Assembly: GCA_035084275.1 (NCBI GenBank)
Contig: CM068749.1
Location: 15,562,001 to 15,626,000 of the forward strand
Length of the DNA: 64,000 nucleotides
Reading direction: 5' to 3'
From: Hydrolagus colliei
Lineage: Eukaryota
Position 1 is the stretch's first letter; each line of letters begins with the position of its first letter. Of the stretch, positions 26,684-40,205 are shown in pieces. The notes under the pieces were generated by a model that had not been told where the DNA came from, ran no database searches, and was given only the letters and a program-made list of their open reading frames with translations. The position numbers and the translations under genes were made by a program.

Positions 26684-27163
26684 GTAAGTCATCTTGTATG
26701 TTTATTTGCCGGTGGTCCCTTTTTGCTCACATCACTTGGGTTTATTTTCTTTAATACGTGTCAATTTATCTCATAGACACTGAGATAACATTACAACTAA
26801 AACCTATCAAGAGATTTTTCTAAATATTCTACAGGATACGGGGGAGGAGAGGATGTCTCACTAAACATATTGTGTTTACCCAATGAATACACCCCCAAAC
26901 AGTTACGATTGTGTCATGTTTTACTGGTTGGATAACTATTGTAGCCAACAAAACCTCCAACCAATTTCCGTTTTTCTCCCTATTTCCTATTTATGCAGTG
27001 AGTCAAGAGTTCATCTGTAATAGTTATTTTTACATTTATCTGAATGCATAGAAGACAACATTAAGACAAATTGAATTTCAGGAGAGAGGAACATCTGTGG
27101 AATTTGGTGATGCTGTTTACGGATCATTGTTCTGTGAGAGACAGAATACTGTTGTCCAACCTT

Positions 27164-27332
27164 CAACAGCAACAAAAATTACATTTGCATAGCGACTTTC
27201 ATGTTTCATCCCAAAGTGGCTGGATCATCAAGGATGTGCACCCGAGCTAGGTACAGTATTGAGATCAGAAGGGGTGGAGGACGAGGAGATTGTGGGGAGG
27301 GTAACCAAAGGCAGGGCCAAAGTGGAAGGTTT
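27164..27332 (-). mobile_element. Degenerate L2 3' UTR
   Basis: caacagcaacaaaaattacatttgcatagcgactttca...cccgagct... matches other L2 tails in the window. Confidence 0.6.
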
Positions 27333-30300
27333 TGAAATTATTCTTGTCCTCATCCAATGTTCACATGTTACCCAGGAGGATAACAATACGGAGCGTAATC
27401 CTGTATGATATTCTTTGGTCTCTCTCAATCCTGGTTGTGGTGTGTGCAATTGGAATACCTCTAATGTTTCCTTGGCTGAAATAAACCCAGCCAACCTAAA
27501 ACAAGGTTCAAATCTTCAGTTTCACTCAATTATAGCTCATTATAAGGCTATGTGTTGCTTTTGACTTAATTATATAAATGAATGCCAAAGTCTTCACAAG
27601 TAGATATTTTTAAATTATGTATGAGCAAATATGTAGAAGTTCTACCCATGGTTATATTAAAAAAACTCAAAACAAATTTTGACACATCGGAGTTCACAGA
27701 AAAAAACATTTTCCCAGTTAAAGTTTCACAAAATTTGATTCTGTTAATGTCTAGACCTATTTATACAAATAACTTTTGAATATGTTGACTGCTTATTGGC
27801 AACATTTTAACAAAGATTTTGGTGCTGCATTTGTTTGCTTTGACTTTGATGCTGATAGTTTTGGGCATTAGAAACTTGTGTGAAATGTTTGTTAAATCTT
27901 TGGCGATTTTTGACTGAAACCCGCACGCAAATGTAAGAAGAATGAAAGCTTCTATAAACCTATTATCATCAGAAAAGCAAGAGACAACAATAGATAAAAT
28001 GACTGGGCTTGAAATTGAGAAGACAGAGCCACTATGATAGAAACATTGTCACTGGCCCACAACGAAAAGAATGCCAGTTTACTAACAGAATAGAAATTAA
28101 AAATGTTTTGTAGTATACCTTATTAGCAGCTGTTTGTAAATCTTCTATCCCTGAGAGCTTCCTAGGTTTGCGAGCACAATGCTGTGAACTTGAATTTATG
28201 TGGGAATACATTCATTGTCCATTGGAAAAGTCATTATCCTGCTACTGCTGTTGATCCACTGTCAAAAAATACTTGTCTTGGTCTTGGGAACCAGTGTTCT
28301 GACCTCTGCAATTTGCAGTTTTTTGATATTGGTGAGCTGTGAGCAGGTAATCAATATTTGTTGTTCTGTAGGCAGAACTGATGCCTTTGTTTGTGAGTGG
28401 CCTACCCTCTGCTGCACATGATACAATTGTTGTTAAGAACTGACTAAGTGTCTAGTTCTGAAAAGATTCCATGTACAATAAAACCATAGCGTAGCATTTT
28501 AGCTATGACCATTTTAAAATTAGTTTATTTTCTGTGTTGTTACATAAGTTGTGGTTTTGTGAGATTGTTTTGAATATGAAACTTTTTGAAAAAATGCACA
28601 AGAATAATGCTGTTTGAGTTATACTTAGTGTATGGAAGCCTACTTGTTTTTTTTTAATTGTCAGCGTTAGTTTTGGAATATATTTGTGGATGAATTTCAT
28701 TATAATGTATGTTGTGCATTTGACCAGCCTTGAAAAAGGGACAAGAGTTCAGTGAAATTTATGTTGTATCCATCTGACCGATATGAGCTAGTTCCACAAG
28801 AACCTTCTGTTTCTACAGTGCAATCCTTGATTAGATGTCAAACTCAAACCTTGTATAGCAACTGGTTGGGTAGGTAAGCCTATAAATTGGTTTGGCGCTT
28901 GAAAGTCGACAGCCATAATATTCATATCATTCCCATTAGAATGGTAATATAATTTAAAACTGCTCTTCTAATCTTTGAAGTTTATTGTGCAAAGCTGTTA
29001 TCTTTAAAACCGAAATGAACAGAATTATTCACCATGTTGATCCCAGAATTGTGAAATTAATTGAAGAAATTGAAAGAGAATTTTAAAGCCCTTTTGCGCA
29101 ATGAAGTGAGAGTGTTGCATTTTATTTGAAAGGAAGAACATTCAACATTTTTTAAAAATCCACTGCAAATAGAAACATGTTCCACATGTTCTTATCCCTT
29201 GCTCTTGGTGTTTTCTGGTAAGATTATTTTGCATGGTAAACCTCGCTATTTACTAAATCTGTATTTTTATTTGATTATTTTGAAACCTGTTCATATGAAC
29301 TTTTATATCAGAGAAAAGCAGCATATAAAAGCCAAATAACTAATAGAAGCATGGAACAAGAAGGGAAATTGATTCAAGTCAAGGTAATTTTTTTTTCCTT
29401 GGATAATGTACAATTTGCTTTTTCACAGACTGTACCCAACCATTTAGTGACCTACAGAATAGTCAACATGGTTGCTACCAGTCCTCAAAAAACAGGTTAA
29501 ATCAGAACTTCAAAATACCAGTGCAAACCTACTTCCTATGTTGCACATCTTTGATGTGGTTTGCTTCTGTTCGGTTGAAAATTTTATCACACATCAATGG
29601 TACCATTTTTAATTTCCAGTAGATTTTCTGGTATTCATTCATATTTCTAATTAAATATTAATCCAGCTATTTTTTAAGGGTGTTGAATCAATAGAACAAA
29701 GTGCTTTCAACATCAAAAAACACTCTTATCCTATGTCTTGCCACTTTCAAATCCCATCTGAAGACCTACATCTGTAACTGCATCTCATTCTTTACAATGC
29801 AATTACAGTAGGCTAAATATTTTGGGATATAGTGTTGTTGAAGCCTTGAAGCAAATAGATTTTGCATCTATTTACTAGTCTTTTTATAATCCTTAATTTC
29901 ATCATATTTTATATAGTTCAGGGTGTGTAAGAAATATCAGGAGTGAAATTTCAGATTGAGTGAGACAAATTAAGAAAACTATTTAAACTTATGGACAAGG
30001 ATTTATTTTTCAGGTGTCATCAGAAATGTTTTGCAAACAATTGCTAAATTGAATGATCAGGATGATCTGACTCCCTGACTGCTGATGACAATGATGAGGG
30101 TCCCACATGAACTCTCAGAATGTATAATAATAATAATCGTTGCATTTTCTCAACCCAATTCCAAATGGGCAATGTTCAACAGTATAAACTAACTCGGTAA
30201 TTATTGTTGAGATAAGTAGCGGCTTCGCACAGATGTGGTTGGGTGCTTTTCCAAGGCATTCTTTTGAGGCACACTAGAAAGAGGGATTCTCTGCAGCTAG

Positions 30301-31774
30301 CCTGACCTAGGAGCTTTGATAATCTATAAATAAATCCTACATCTTAAAGGATATCATATGCTTTTCATACGGAGATGCCATTGGTGCAACAAATGTAGGT
30401 CATCTTTAGAGATGCTGTTACCATCTGAGGTATAAGCCAAATGAATACTGACTCCTTTACTATTTGTCTTGCTATTCATGATCTCTCTCAGAACAGTGAG
30501 GGAATAAGCAAACATTTTTTACAGCAGCTTGTAAGTGAGCTGTACAATATTAGAGGTGAATGAATTAAAAACTCTTACCCTATGCATTCTGCGGGTTTTA
30601 TGGCAGAACAGATTTATCAAATAAAGCTGCAGAACCTATATCATTCCCATTTAATTACACTTGATGAAGAATGTGAATTGTTTTGGTAAACCCATATACC
30701 AAAGTACAGTATCATACGACTAATCATTTGCTGATCGATTGACTCTTATCTTACACCTGATGCTGTAAAAATTCAGCATGGATTATAGTCTTCACTGAGC
30801 CAGACATTGATTACTATCAGAAATAATGCTCTTTGTGTTGCATCAGCTAAGTTGCTGATATGCTCTTTGACTGCAGGATATCATGTTTAGCTGTAGATAT
30901 ATGCAGAGCTAAATTCTATGCTGATCATGAATTAGTGCAACTATGGGAATAAAAACTCAGAATTAAATCATACAGTGTGATAGCTGGTGTTACCTTTCAA
31001 ATATTTTGAAAAGGCTTTCACCACATGTTCCTTGCCATTGCCCAATGCAATGTACAGCTGCTACATAGCTGGATCAATTCATCCTCTTTTCAGGATATTC
31101 CATGTGATAATTTTTTTACACAATTCTGCTTTGCTCTGTTATTGGGAACCAGAGCCCTGTCCTGTTCAATTTGGTTTGACTGACGTGATCATAGGATATG
31201 AAAGCCTGGTGTTTTCACCATGTCACTTCCGTGTTGTCTTATTGCCACTGAGCCAACGCACTGATATATTAATGACATGCTACACAGATATTCATACCAG
31301 CATTTTAATCCATAGAACCTTTGGTAAAAGTCCACAGTAAAATACTTTGCCACATTGTAATTCAACTGCAAGTTTTAAGCACCATGTACTGCGGACCAAA
31401 TATACTTTGCAGCTTTACAAAATGCAGAATTTTGCTCTAAGTTGATCTCTTTTCCGGTCTGTTTATTATTAAAAGCTACATATGAAATTCCAGAGATTTA
31501 TATTGACAGGTCAGGAAATAAATCTATATGAGAAAAATGTTTGATCTGATAAAATGCAAGGTGATGGCAATAAGCGCTGAAGAAATCTATGATAATATTG
31601 CATAAAATTGTGATAAACTGGATATTAATTATGCAGAACAGAAGTGATATTAAAAGTCCATCAGTGATTGGTGACAGATATGATGTCACTGTATTGTGAT
31701 ATTTTGACTTGTGATATGAAATTAATGTTTTCCTCTCATTTTGGGGCTTCTAATTATTTTATCATACAGTACAA

Positions 31775-31942
31775 TAATAATCCGAACAATTGTTGCATTT
31801 GACATAGTGCCTTATCAAATTGAAAAATCTCAAAGCGTCTTACAAAATGTTTTCGTAAAGAGTAGCGACTGTGTCAGACAACGCACCAGCCAATTTGACC
31901 ATAGTAATGTCCCACAAACAGTTGAGAGGTGCATGACCAATT
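31775..31942 (-). mobile_element. Degenerate SINE 3' half
   Basis: ttgcatttgacatagtgccttatca...ctcaaagcg...cagccaattt...gtcccacaaacag. Confidence 0.65.
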
Positions 31943-33685
31943 TCTAAAAGCTTTGGGGGGGGGAAACTCTTTTCTCACCTTGAGTAATTTCAGGGGATTG
32001 ATTTTTTAATTCCACGGGATTTTTAAAGTCTTCCTGAACATTTACATAGTGTCTCTCACATGGCTCAGAAAACTTATCCAGGAACCCAGGAACATGAGCA
32101 ACATGAGCAGGAACCCACAACCTACTGAATACTTTCAACTTAGACTGGCTGACAGCGATAATTGTGATTCAATAAATTTTGCCCAGATCAAATAATTTTG
32201 ACAAAAATCATATGAATGTTCTACAGTTGTCAATCACTAACGGCTCCATTGTTTACTGATGGACTATATTGTTATATTACTTCAAGTCGCTTATCTTCTT
32301 GAGATGCTACATAAGAGACTCCTTCCTCTGTCCCATTCATTGGAACTGACGTATCATCCAGAGAAAATAATTTAACAAAAACATTTCTACTATAGAAATA
32401 TAGCTTCAATAAAGTCATATACCACAACAATCACACCCCATTCAATAACACTTGCGGTGAGAATAGATTTCATCACACAAGAGAGGACTGCATTCCATCG
32501 TTAGCTTTTACTTGTTATTTTTGTGTTGGAACTAAAGTAATATAGCACAGTTTTGACAAAAACACTGTAAAAGGTAGCAAAATAAATCTTTCATCCCCGG
32601 GGACTGTCTGTAACCCTCATGAAGCAAAGATTAATTTGAACAAAATTCGGAGATTAGTATGAAGTCAGTGAACGGTTCTCAAATGATAAAAAGATGTGTA
32701 GAATTATTTAAGAATTTATGGGATTAACTGATGACTGATGAATTGTATAAATCTGCTCCACACATAACTCAAGGAGCTTATTCTTAAGTAAGCAAGAAAG
32801 CTACCAGAAGAAAAATGATAGTGAAAATATAGTTGCATTATTTACTAGCTTCAGCAAGGTTTGCTATAGAGTGGCACAACATGAGCATTTGTGCCTTACT
32901 TTCCACACATAGTGATTTCCCAATCCTGACCGACAGGTAAATTCTGCTGGCATTTAAATGAATTAATTTTTGCAGTCATGCTGTAATGGGAATTGGAGAT
33001 CCCATGAAATTGAATCAAGAGACTTTCTCCTTTGTACTCATCAATACAAAAGCATGCTAGAAGACTTATAAGTTAGCTTATTAGAATTCATTTAGCAACG
33101 TTAACTGCAAGCACTGAACAAAACAGATTTTTGACACTGGAATAATGCTCAGTATTTTACTGATGACAGAAAATCATTGAAAAAAAAGTTTAGCTCACAT
33201 CTAGTCAATATTTTTCTCCCAACAATTTTCTCCCCATTCCCTCCATCTGATGGTACCGAGTGTTTTACAGTGTTGCTTATAGTTCCATTGATGCTGGTCT
33301 TCACAGTATCTCACATGAATGACCTTATTTCATATATGAGCTCAGATGGACATCTGGTGGGAAGATCACAGCTGAGCCTCATCCTATCCTCACTTAAAGT
33401 CCAGTGAAGTGCATTTTCCAGTAAAAGTTATCAGATAGTGATTTTTGATTTCTTTAATCATCTCCCCATGATTATGGAGCAAATTTTCAATACGCTTTAC
33501 TCCTCTCGATGAGAGCTGAATAAAATCCCCTTTTCTGCCGCCTACCCCAAAAAACCATGGGAACTTTTCTCAAGTGTCACTGAGTAAGTGTTTCATCAAA
33601 ACCTGTGGTCATGCTTTTTTTTTTAAGCAGTGTTATGAACTACTGTGAACCTTTAGAGTACTGTGTAGGCTTCTATTTCAAAACA

Positions 33686-33897
33686 CTGATTGTTCATACC
33701 TTGGAACGCCCTCCTGATGTGAAAGGCTCTGTAAAAATGTAATTTTGTTGTTGTTTCAGTGAAGATTTCCCTTGAACGTCTTCCTTATTTGCCCACAACA
33801 TACACAGTCAAATATTCTTTACAGCACCTCCTGTGAAGAGCTTTAAGCTGTCTTGACAACGTGATAAAGTGCTATATCAAATGCAAGGATTATTATC
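33686..33897 (+). mobile_element. Tandem tail fragments: L2 tail (33686-33754) then SINE tail (33790-33897)
   Basis: ccttggaacgccctcctgatgtgaaaggc...gtaattttgttgttgtt, then gcccacaacatacacagtcaa...atatcaaatgcaaggattatt. Confidence 0.75.
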
Positions 33898-34285
33898 ATT
33901 CATGCAAAAAAGTAATGCTAGGTCCGGCTGAAAGATTAGGAGAAACACCTCCAGAAGTTGATGCTGAATCCATTACTCTCGTTACAAATTACAGTAAAAA
34001 GCTCAATGCTCATTGTTTCATTGACCTTTTCTGCAGTGTTTGACTCACTTTTTACCAAAAATCCATTTTTATCTGATAGAGAAGAGCCAATTGCCCAGTC
34101 AATCAAAAGTAGGTGGAATTGGCAGATTCCACAGAAGTAAATCAGAAGCTGTGTGTTCTTCTGAAAAATGCAGCACGGATCTTTGAAGGTCTGGCATTGG
34201 TCCAATACTATTGAAGGGCCATTAAAGCACTGTATTTCTATTCCTTGGTGCACCGTAAACCAATATATTGACAAGGTCATGATAA

Positions 34286-34552
34286 TGGAGTCCTGTAGCT
34301 CAGCGGTTCGAGTACTCACCTTGGGCAAGTTTTCTTACTCCACACTCCTAATAATAATCCCTCAAAAAAACAATAATAAATTGGTCATTTTCAATCCATG
34401 ACTGTTTGTGGGACACTGCTGTGCGCAATTTGCTGCCGCGTTTCGCCCACATATATAGTCAATTCACATTACAGTATATTCTGTGAAGCCCTTTGAGACA
34501 TCTAGAAGATGTGCAAAGTGCTACACAACAAATCCAAGGATCCTTATTATTA
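34286..34552 (+). mobile_element. tRNA-derived SINE with internal deletion of the B box
   Basis: tggagtcctgtagctcagcgg head joins directly at accttg to ggcaagtt; body and tail are intact. Confidence 0.9.
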
Positions 34553-34622
34553 ATGAGATTACAAGATGGTTTACAGCTTTCATGGCAGAATAACCTATTG
34601 ACACTCTGCCTAGGCTCACACT

Positions 34623-35680
34623 TAGAATCATAGAATCATAGAATCATAGAATTTTACGGCACAAAAGGAGGCCATTCGGCCCATCTAGTCTGTGCCGGCT
34701 CTTTGAAAAGAGCGATTCAATCCCACTGCCCTGCCCGCTCCCCATAGCCTAATAGACCCGTTCTCCCTAAATAAAGATCTAATTCCCTTTTAAAAGTTGT
34801 TATCGAATCAGCCTCCACCACCTTTTCAGGCAATGCATTCCAGATTCGAACAACTCGCTGAGTGAAAACATTTCTCCTCAGCTCCGCTCTACTGCGCCTT
34901 GAAACTATTTTAAATCTGTGACCACGAGTCACAGATTCACCCACGAGTGGAAATAGTTTTTCTCTATTTGCCCTGTCGAAACCCCTCATGATCTTATAAA
35001 CCTCTATTAGGTCTCCCCTCAATCTTCTCTGCTCCAGAGAGAATAACCCTAGCCTATCTAGCCTCTCCTCATAGCTGAAGTCCCTCAATCCTGGCACCAT
35101 CCTAGTAAATCTTCGTTGTACCCTTTCCAATGCCTTCACATCCTTTCTGTAGTGTGGTGACCAGAATTGAACACAGTATTCCAGCTGAGGCCTCACCAAA
35201 GTCCTACAGAGGTTAGTCAGCACTTCCTGACTTTTGTACTCTTTACCCCTATTTATAAAGTCTAGTATCCCATATGCCTTCTTAACAGCCTTGTCTACCT
35301 GTCCTGCCACCTTCAACGAGTCACTAACACAAATCCCCAGGTATCTCTGTTCCTTTACACCATTTAAAATTGTACTATCTAGCCTATATTGCCTCCCTTC
35401 ATTTCTTCTCCCAAAATGCATCACCTCACACTTCTCTGCATTAAACTTCATCTGCCATGTGTCTGCCCACTTTACCAATTTGTCTATATCCTCTTGCAGA
35501 TGGCTACTATCCTCCTCACTGTTTACTATTCTCCCTAACTTAGTGTCATCTGCAAACTTGGAAACTGTACTCCGTACACCCAAGTCCAGATCATTGATGT
35601 AGATTACAAACAGCAATGGTCCCAAAACCGATCCCTGTGGCACACCACTGCTCACTTCCCTCCAGTCTGAAAAATAGCCT
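34623..35680 (-). mobile_element. CR1 LINE, 5'-truncated (~1.06 kb), uninterrupted ORF2 C-terminal part
   Basis: 312-aa ORF with 'GVPQGSVLGPLLF', 'FADDTKL', 'LVRPQLEYCVQFWSPHY'; 3' octamer tail (ATTCTATG)n diagnostic of CR1. Confidence 0.97.
34717..35655 (-). pseudogene. CR1 ORF2 reverse transcriptase fragment (no endonuclease, no true start codon)
   Basis: ORF track. It begins at GTG inside the RT domain, and the frame runs on to the truncation point near 35680. Confidence 0.92.
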
Positions 35681-36689
35681 TGAAAAATGGTTGGTTCAAT
35701 GAGGTATCAGTGGGAGGCAAATGTCTTTGGAAACCACACACCAGAAAGCATTTTCACGTTCTGGAGAGATGGAAAGCAAAATGGAAGTTTACAGGTCATT
35801 TTTATGTTGCAGTGTTCTAACGGTTAACTTCAATTGTAATTTCTCCTCTAATTTATGTCAATTAAGATTCACGACAGATTATAGATAATATCCTCCAAGA
35901 CATTTCAATTCTTTGTGACAAGCTTAATTTCAGTCTGTTGTGTATAATTGTAGTCAATGTGATCTTCACTATCTTATAAATAATTTTAGCGTTTTGATTT
36001 TATTCAGGTTTGTAGTGCAATCTCTTGTTTATTTCCGCTCATTTTATTTTACATCCAAAATGTCACATGCAGGAGTTTATCAAGGAGATGAGAGCTGAAT
36101 AGAATGATATAATATATCATACTTGATGTGAAATTGGGCTTGTGGAGTGCAGTTAAATGCAAGAAGAAATTGAAATTTAGTTTAAAGTTATGATTAAATT
36201 GCCCATATTCCCCTACAGGAAACATTGTTAAATAGTTATGAATGTTTTCTTTAGAATATGCAATCACAAAAATTCCTGTGAAGTAGAATTTAAATTTATA
36301 CCAAGCTTAGTGCATTGAAGAAGCTTCTTGAGATTTTTCTATTTCTATTTATTCTAACACGATGATCCAAAAAAAATGAATGCACATCTGAGTTACTACA
36401 ATTCACAACAAGTGGAAATTCTTGCCCATGTTGTCTTCTCATAGCATTCACAGTGAAACATGAGAAGAGAGCTCTGCTTACCCATCTCCAACTGCTAAAG
36501 ATGTTTTTTAAGTTTAAAGCGATCACATAGAATAGTTACTTCAACTGGGAACTGGATTCTTTCAGAAGTGCAAAGATTGCATTCCCAGAAAACTGCTGAA
36601 TCGGTATAAATTTAGCAAGGGAATATTGTATTCTAAGCAATGTGACTCGCAATGCTACAAGGTGCAATAATATATATTAAAAAATACAT

Positions 36690-36932
36690 AATCCTTGCAT
36701 TTCATATAGCGCCTTTCACATCGGGAAGATGCTTTATAGGATTTTGCTCGGAAGTGTAGTGACACTTAACAATAATAATAATAGTAATGATAATAATAAC
36801 AATCCTTCCATTTGATATAGTGCTTTTCACGAGTGCTTCTAGACCCCTCAAAGCGCTTCACAGAATATACTTTAAAGTGAATTGACTGTATATCTGTGGG
36901 TGAAACGCGGCAGCCATTTGCGTGCAGCAATA
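36690..36932 (-). mobile_element. Two SINE tail fragments (36690-36730 and 36770-36932)
   Basis: aatccttgcatttcatatagcgcctttcacatcggga, and aatccttccatttgatatagtgcttttcac...aaagcgcttcacagaatatac...aaacgcggcagcca. Confidence 0.8.
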
Positions 36933-36971
36933 TTTATAAAAACAATATTCATAATACAATAAAAAATGTTG

Positions 36972-37135
36972 AGCCTTTCACATTGGGAGTGATGTCTCAA
37001 AGAGCTTTACATATCTGGCTGGGCACATGAGCTGGAGGGAGGAAGGGGGGAAAGAGATGAAGAGTGTGGGGGGAGAAAGATGACACTGAAAGAGGTAAGT
37101 CTTGGGTCATGCTTTGAAATTGATCAGGGAAGAGT
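36972..37135 (-). mobile_element. Degenerate L2 3' UTR
   Basis: gcctttcacattgggag...ctcaaagagctttaca followed by a purine-rich L2 3'UTR-like segment. Confidence 0.55.
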
Positions 37136-37905
37136 TGTCTGTTTGTTGGCATAATCTGCTTCTCGTCAACACTATTTCCAGGACAATTGCAATAATATAT
37201 AATTGTATGAAGTAAGTTGTTGGTTATTGAGCCCTTTCTGGATTTTTACATCTAACACTCATCACACCCAAAGTGTTTGAAAATGTATTACTTTATTTTT
37301 TATTGACTTTCAAAACAGATTCCTTTTCTGGATTTACTTTGAAGCAGAAAAACAGGTTGCTTTCGGTTGGATTAGTGTTTCAAATGTATCCTTGGACTTT
37401 TTTTTCTGGAGAATTCTTCATAGAGGCTGGCATTCTGACTAATGAATGGTCAGTTGAAACGAAACACAATTGTTCTACATAGCAAAATGTCTAAACCCAC
37501 TCAAGCTGTGACAGAGTGATGTGATCTTGTGAAATCTGCACCAAGAATCTGCAGTTCTGCCACATGCCAAGTTATTGGTCTTCATGTCTATATGACAGGT
37601 GTGAAACACTGCTGGGAAAATTAGCAGTCATAGCACCCCTTGACTGTTCCCCTGTGGCTTCCAGTGATAAGTTGATTTAAGTGTGGCAATGGCAGAGTCC
37701 TGGGAATATGGCATCACTTACCTTCAGTGAGATTGTGGCAAAGACAAAACGCTAGGAAGCGACTATGAAGGGGGCTTGGGGTATGGGGGTGGGTGAACTA
37801 TTTTAATTGATTCACATGCTGTACCAATATAAGAGAAGTCAATAATATTTGAGAGTTAATTAATTTGAGGGGGAAAGGGGAGAAATTAGTGCGTAAGATT
37901 TGAAG

Positions 37906-38385
37906 AACAACAACAAAATTATCTTTGTAAAGCCCCTTTCACGTCGGAAGGACATCCCAAGGCGCTGGACAGTCAATGTTTCAGACCCGAGCTGGGGTCG
38001 GGATCGGGGAAGGTGGAGGGGAAGAGGAAGGTCTTGAGGCGGGACTTGAAGGAGCCTAGGGAGGGGAAGAGACTGCAGGGTGGAATTCCAGAGGCTAGGG
38101 GCGGAGTGGCTGAAGGCTCACCCGCCGACGGTGGGGCAGGTGTGTCGGGGGACTTGGAGCAGGCCGGAGCCTGCTGAGCGCATGGCGCGTGTAGGTTGGT
38201 AGGGGGTTAGGAGATCGCAGAGGTAAGGTGGGGCGAGGCCATGGAAGGGAAAGCAGGGCATTGGTGTAATCGAGCCTCAATGTGATGAAGGCATGAATGA
38301 GAGTTTCAGTGGCCTGAGGTAGTGAGGTAGTAGCAGAATCAGGCAATGTGCGGAGGTGAGGGAAGGCAGAGCGGGTCATGGCTTG
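37906..38385 (-). mobile_element. L2 LINE 3' fragment with internal deletion
   Basis: ORF 38095-38379 has 'ETLIHAFITLRLDYTNALL' (L2 ORF2 hallmark), then 'VGG*AFSHSAPSLWNS' and a (GTT)n tail. Confidence 0.9.
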
Positions 38386-40133
38386 GGACAGAACAGTTAG
38401 GGACGTTACATCACAACCAGAAAAAAACTCCTATTTGAGAAGAAAACCTTCAAGATGATTAAAATACTTATAAAGTAATTAGCCTTGTGAAGAAATAATT
38501 AGTGCAATCCTACAAACTCCTTTGCTCCAAAGGTAGTTCTGAAATATAGTGTACTGTATTGCGAGCATCTGAGTAGATAGATACACAGATCACACATTAA
38601 GCTGCTGTTACCAGGCAAATATCTGAATCCACAGCAAGGAATACATTACTGTACATTCATAAGTACAAAAGCCCAGATATCATATCTTACACTAGAAAGT
38701 CTGGATGTGTGAAAGGTTTCTTGAAATGACACTGCTCCACTGGAAATTAAATGCAAGGATACCAATTGTCTTTCCGATAATGTTCTTAAAGTATGCCACT
38801 AAATCATTGTGTTTTATTAGTGTCAGGCATATGTTTTGTAACAAGATAATCCTACTAAGAGATGGGTTTTACAGTTTTGTATTGTGTAACTGGGCCTTTG
38901 AGACACAGTATGGGTACTTCCCCCAAGCTTCATCCTTGGTGATTTATTTGATATCACTTTGATATCCTGTCTCTTTAGAATTTGTTCCAGATGATGTCTT
39001 GAATTTGTGTTTTGATTAAGGGTGATACATATTCTCCCTTGGTGGTTCATAGAATATTTTAGGATGTTTGTGTAATGAAATTCCAATGGTCCACTGAATA
39101 GAGTGCTGGCATTGGGGTCAGGTTGAAACACAGAAATAATCTTTCTTGTACACTTTTGCTGATATACCACTGGATGTGGGTCCATTAAGCATTCCAGATG
39201 TGACGCATTAGCATAAAAATATTTATGTATGCCTCAATCTCACATGAATTAACACGCTCAACATGTTTTGAAATAGCTTAAATAATTGATCAGTTGTAAT
39301 CCCATTAATGACCATTAATAATGTAATCTATGGTGTAATGTTATTTTGAACTATGTTCTTTGTTGGATATTGTGTCAGTAATCATGAATTATCAGATGGT
39401 TTTCCAGACATTAGTACCTAGTCTATAACCATATATTTTGTGTGTATTCAGCATAAAAATTGTAAAATTGCAAATTGACATGCGAGTCTGGTGCTTTGTC
39501 CACCACAAGGCACCAGACTCGTTATGAATAGTGAAAAGCAAAGGGAGGTAGAAACAGGGAGATAAAGAATGTATTAGTGTCCTTACACTCTTCTGATTGT
39601 CGCTGACATACACTGGATACATTATCTACATTTGCCTCTTTCAGTTTTTCAATAACCTTTTGTTTTTCTCAATAATTGCCTTTTCTGCATTGACCCTTTA
39701 TATCCCAGTCTCTGAACTACAGGATTTAGACTTTTAGCCCAATCCTTTGGATACAATGATTCAATGCTTTGGTCTTCTGAAGTCAATTTTGAAGTCTTGC
39801 CCTTTGGAGTCTCAACCAATTTATCTTTTGCTTTGTTATCTTCTAAAAGGGTTATACTGCAGTAACAAAATCTTTGCATTTGAATGTTACTTGAAGGAAA
39901 ATAACTTAATTTAGCTTTGATTCTTTTCAATCTTATCAAGTACTTTTACTGCTGTTTATCAAATCCAAGAATTCTAAATAAAATACCACCCAAACTGTTT
40001 AAAAAGAGCTTTAATATATATATATATTTCATGGGAAGAGAGGCTCTAATCTGTGGGAGTCCCAACAACAGCCTCGTGTAGCACCATCAAACATTGATGA
40101 GTTTATCTGTGAGAATATTGGTCATTCAGATAA

Positions 40134-40205
40134 CCTGTCCAGATATCCTTGGGATGTCCTCCTGACATGAAAGGTGCTATATGAATGTAATTTTGTTGTT
40201 GTTGT
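40134..40205 (+). mobile_element. L2 tail-only insertion
   Basis: ccttgggatgtcctcctgacatgaaaggtgctatatgaatgtaattttgttgttgttgt. Confidence 0.8.

Noticed and set aside
35234-35602. 122-aa plus-strand ORF
   Set aside because: Antisense shadow of CR1 ORF2.
37722-37751. 30-nt minus-strand exon with a perfect AAG|gtaagt donor
   Set aside because: Acceptor context is modest and no compatible partner exons were found; such donors occur by chance in 64 kb.
38315-38335. let-7-like TGAGGTAGTAG
   Set aside because: Lies within an L2 fragment, the 3' half does not match let-7, and there is no precursor hairpin.
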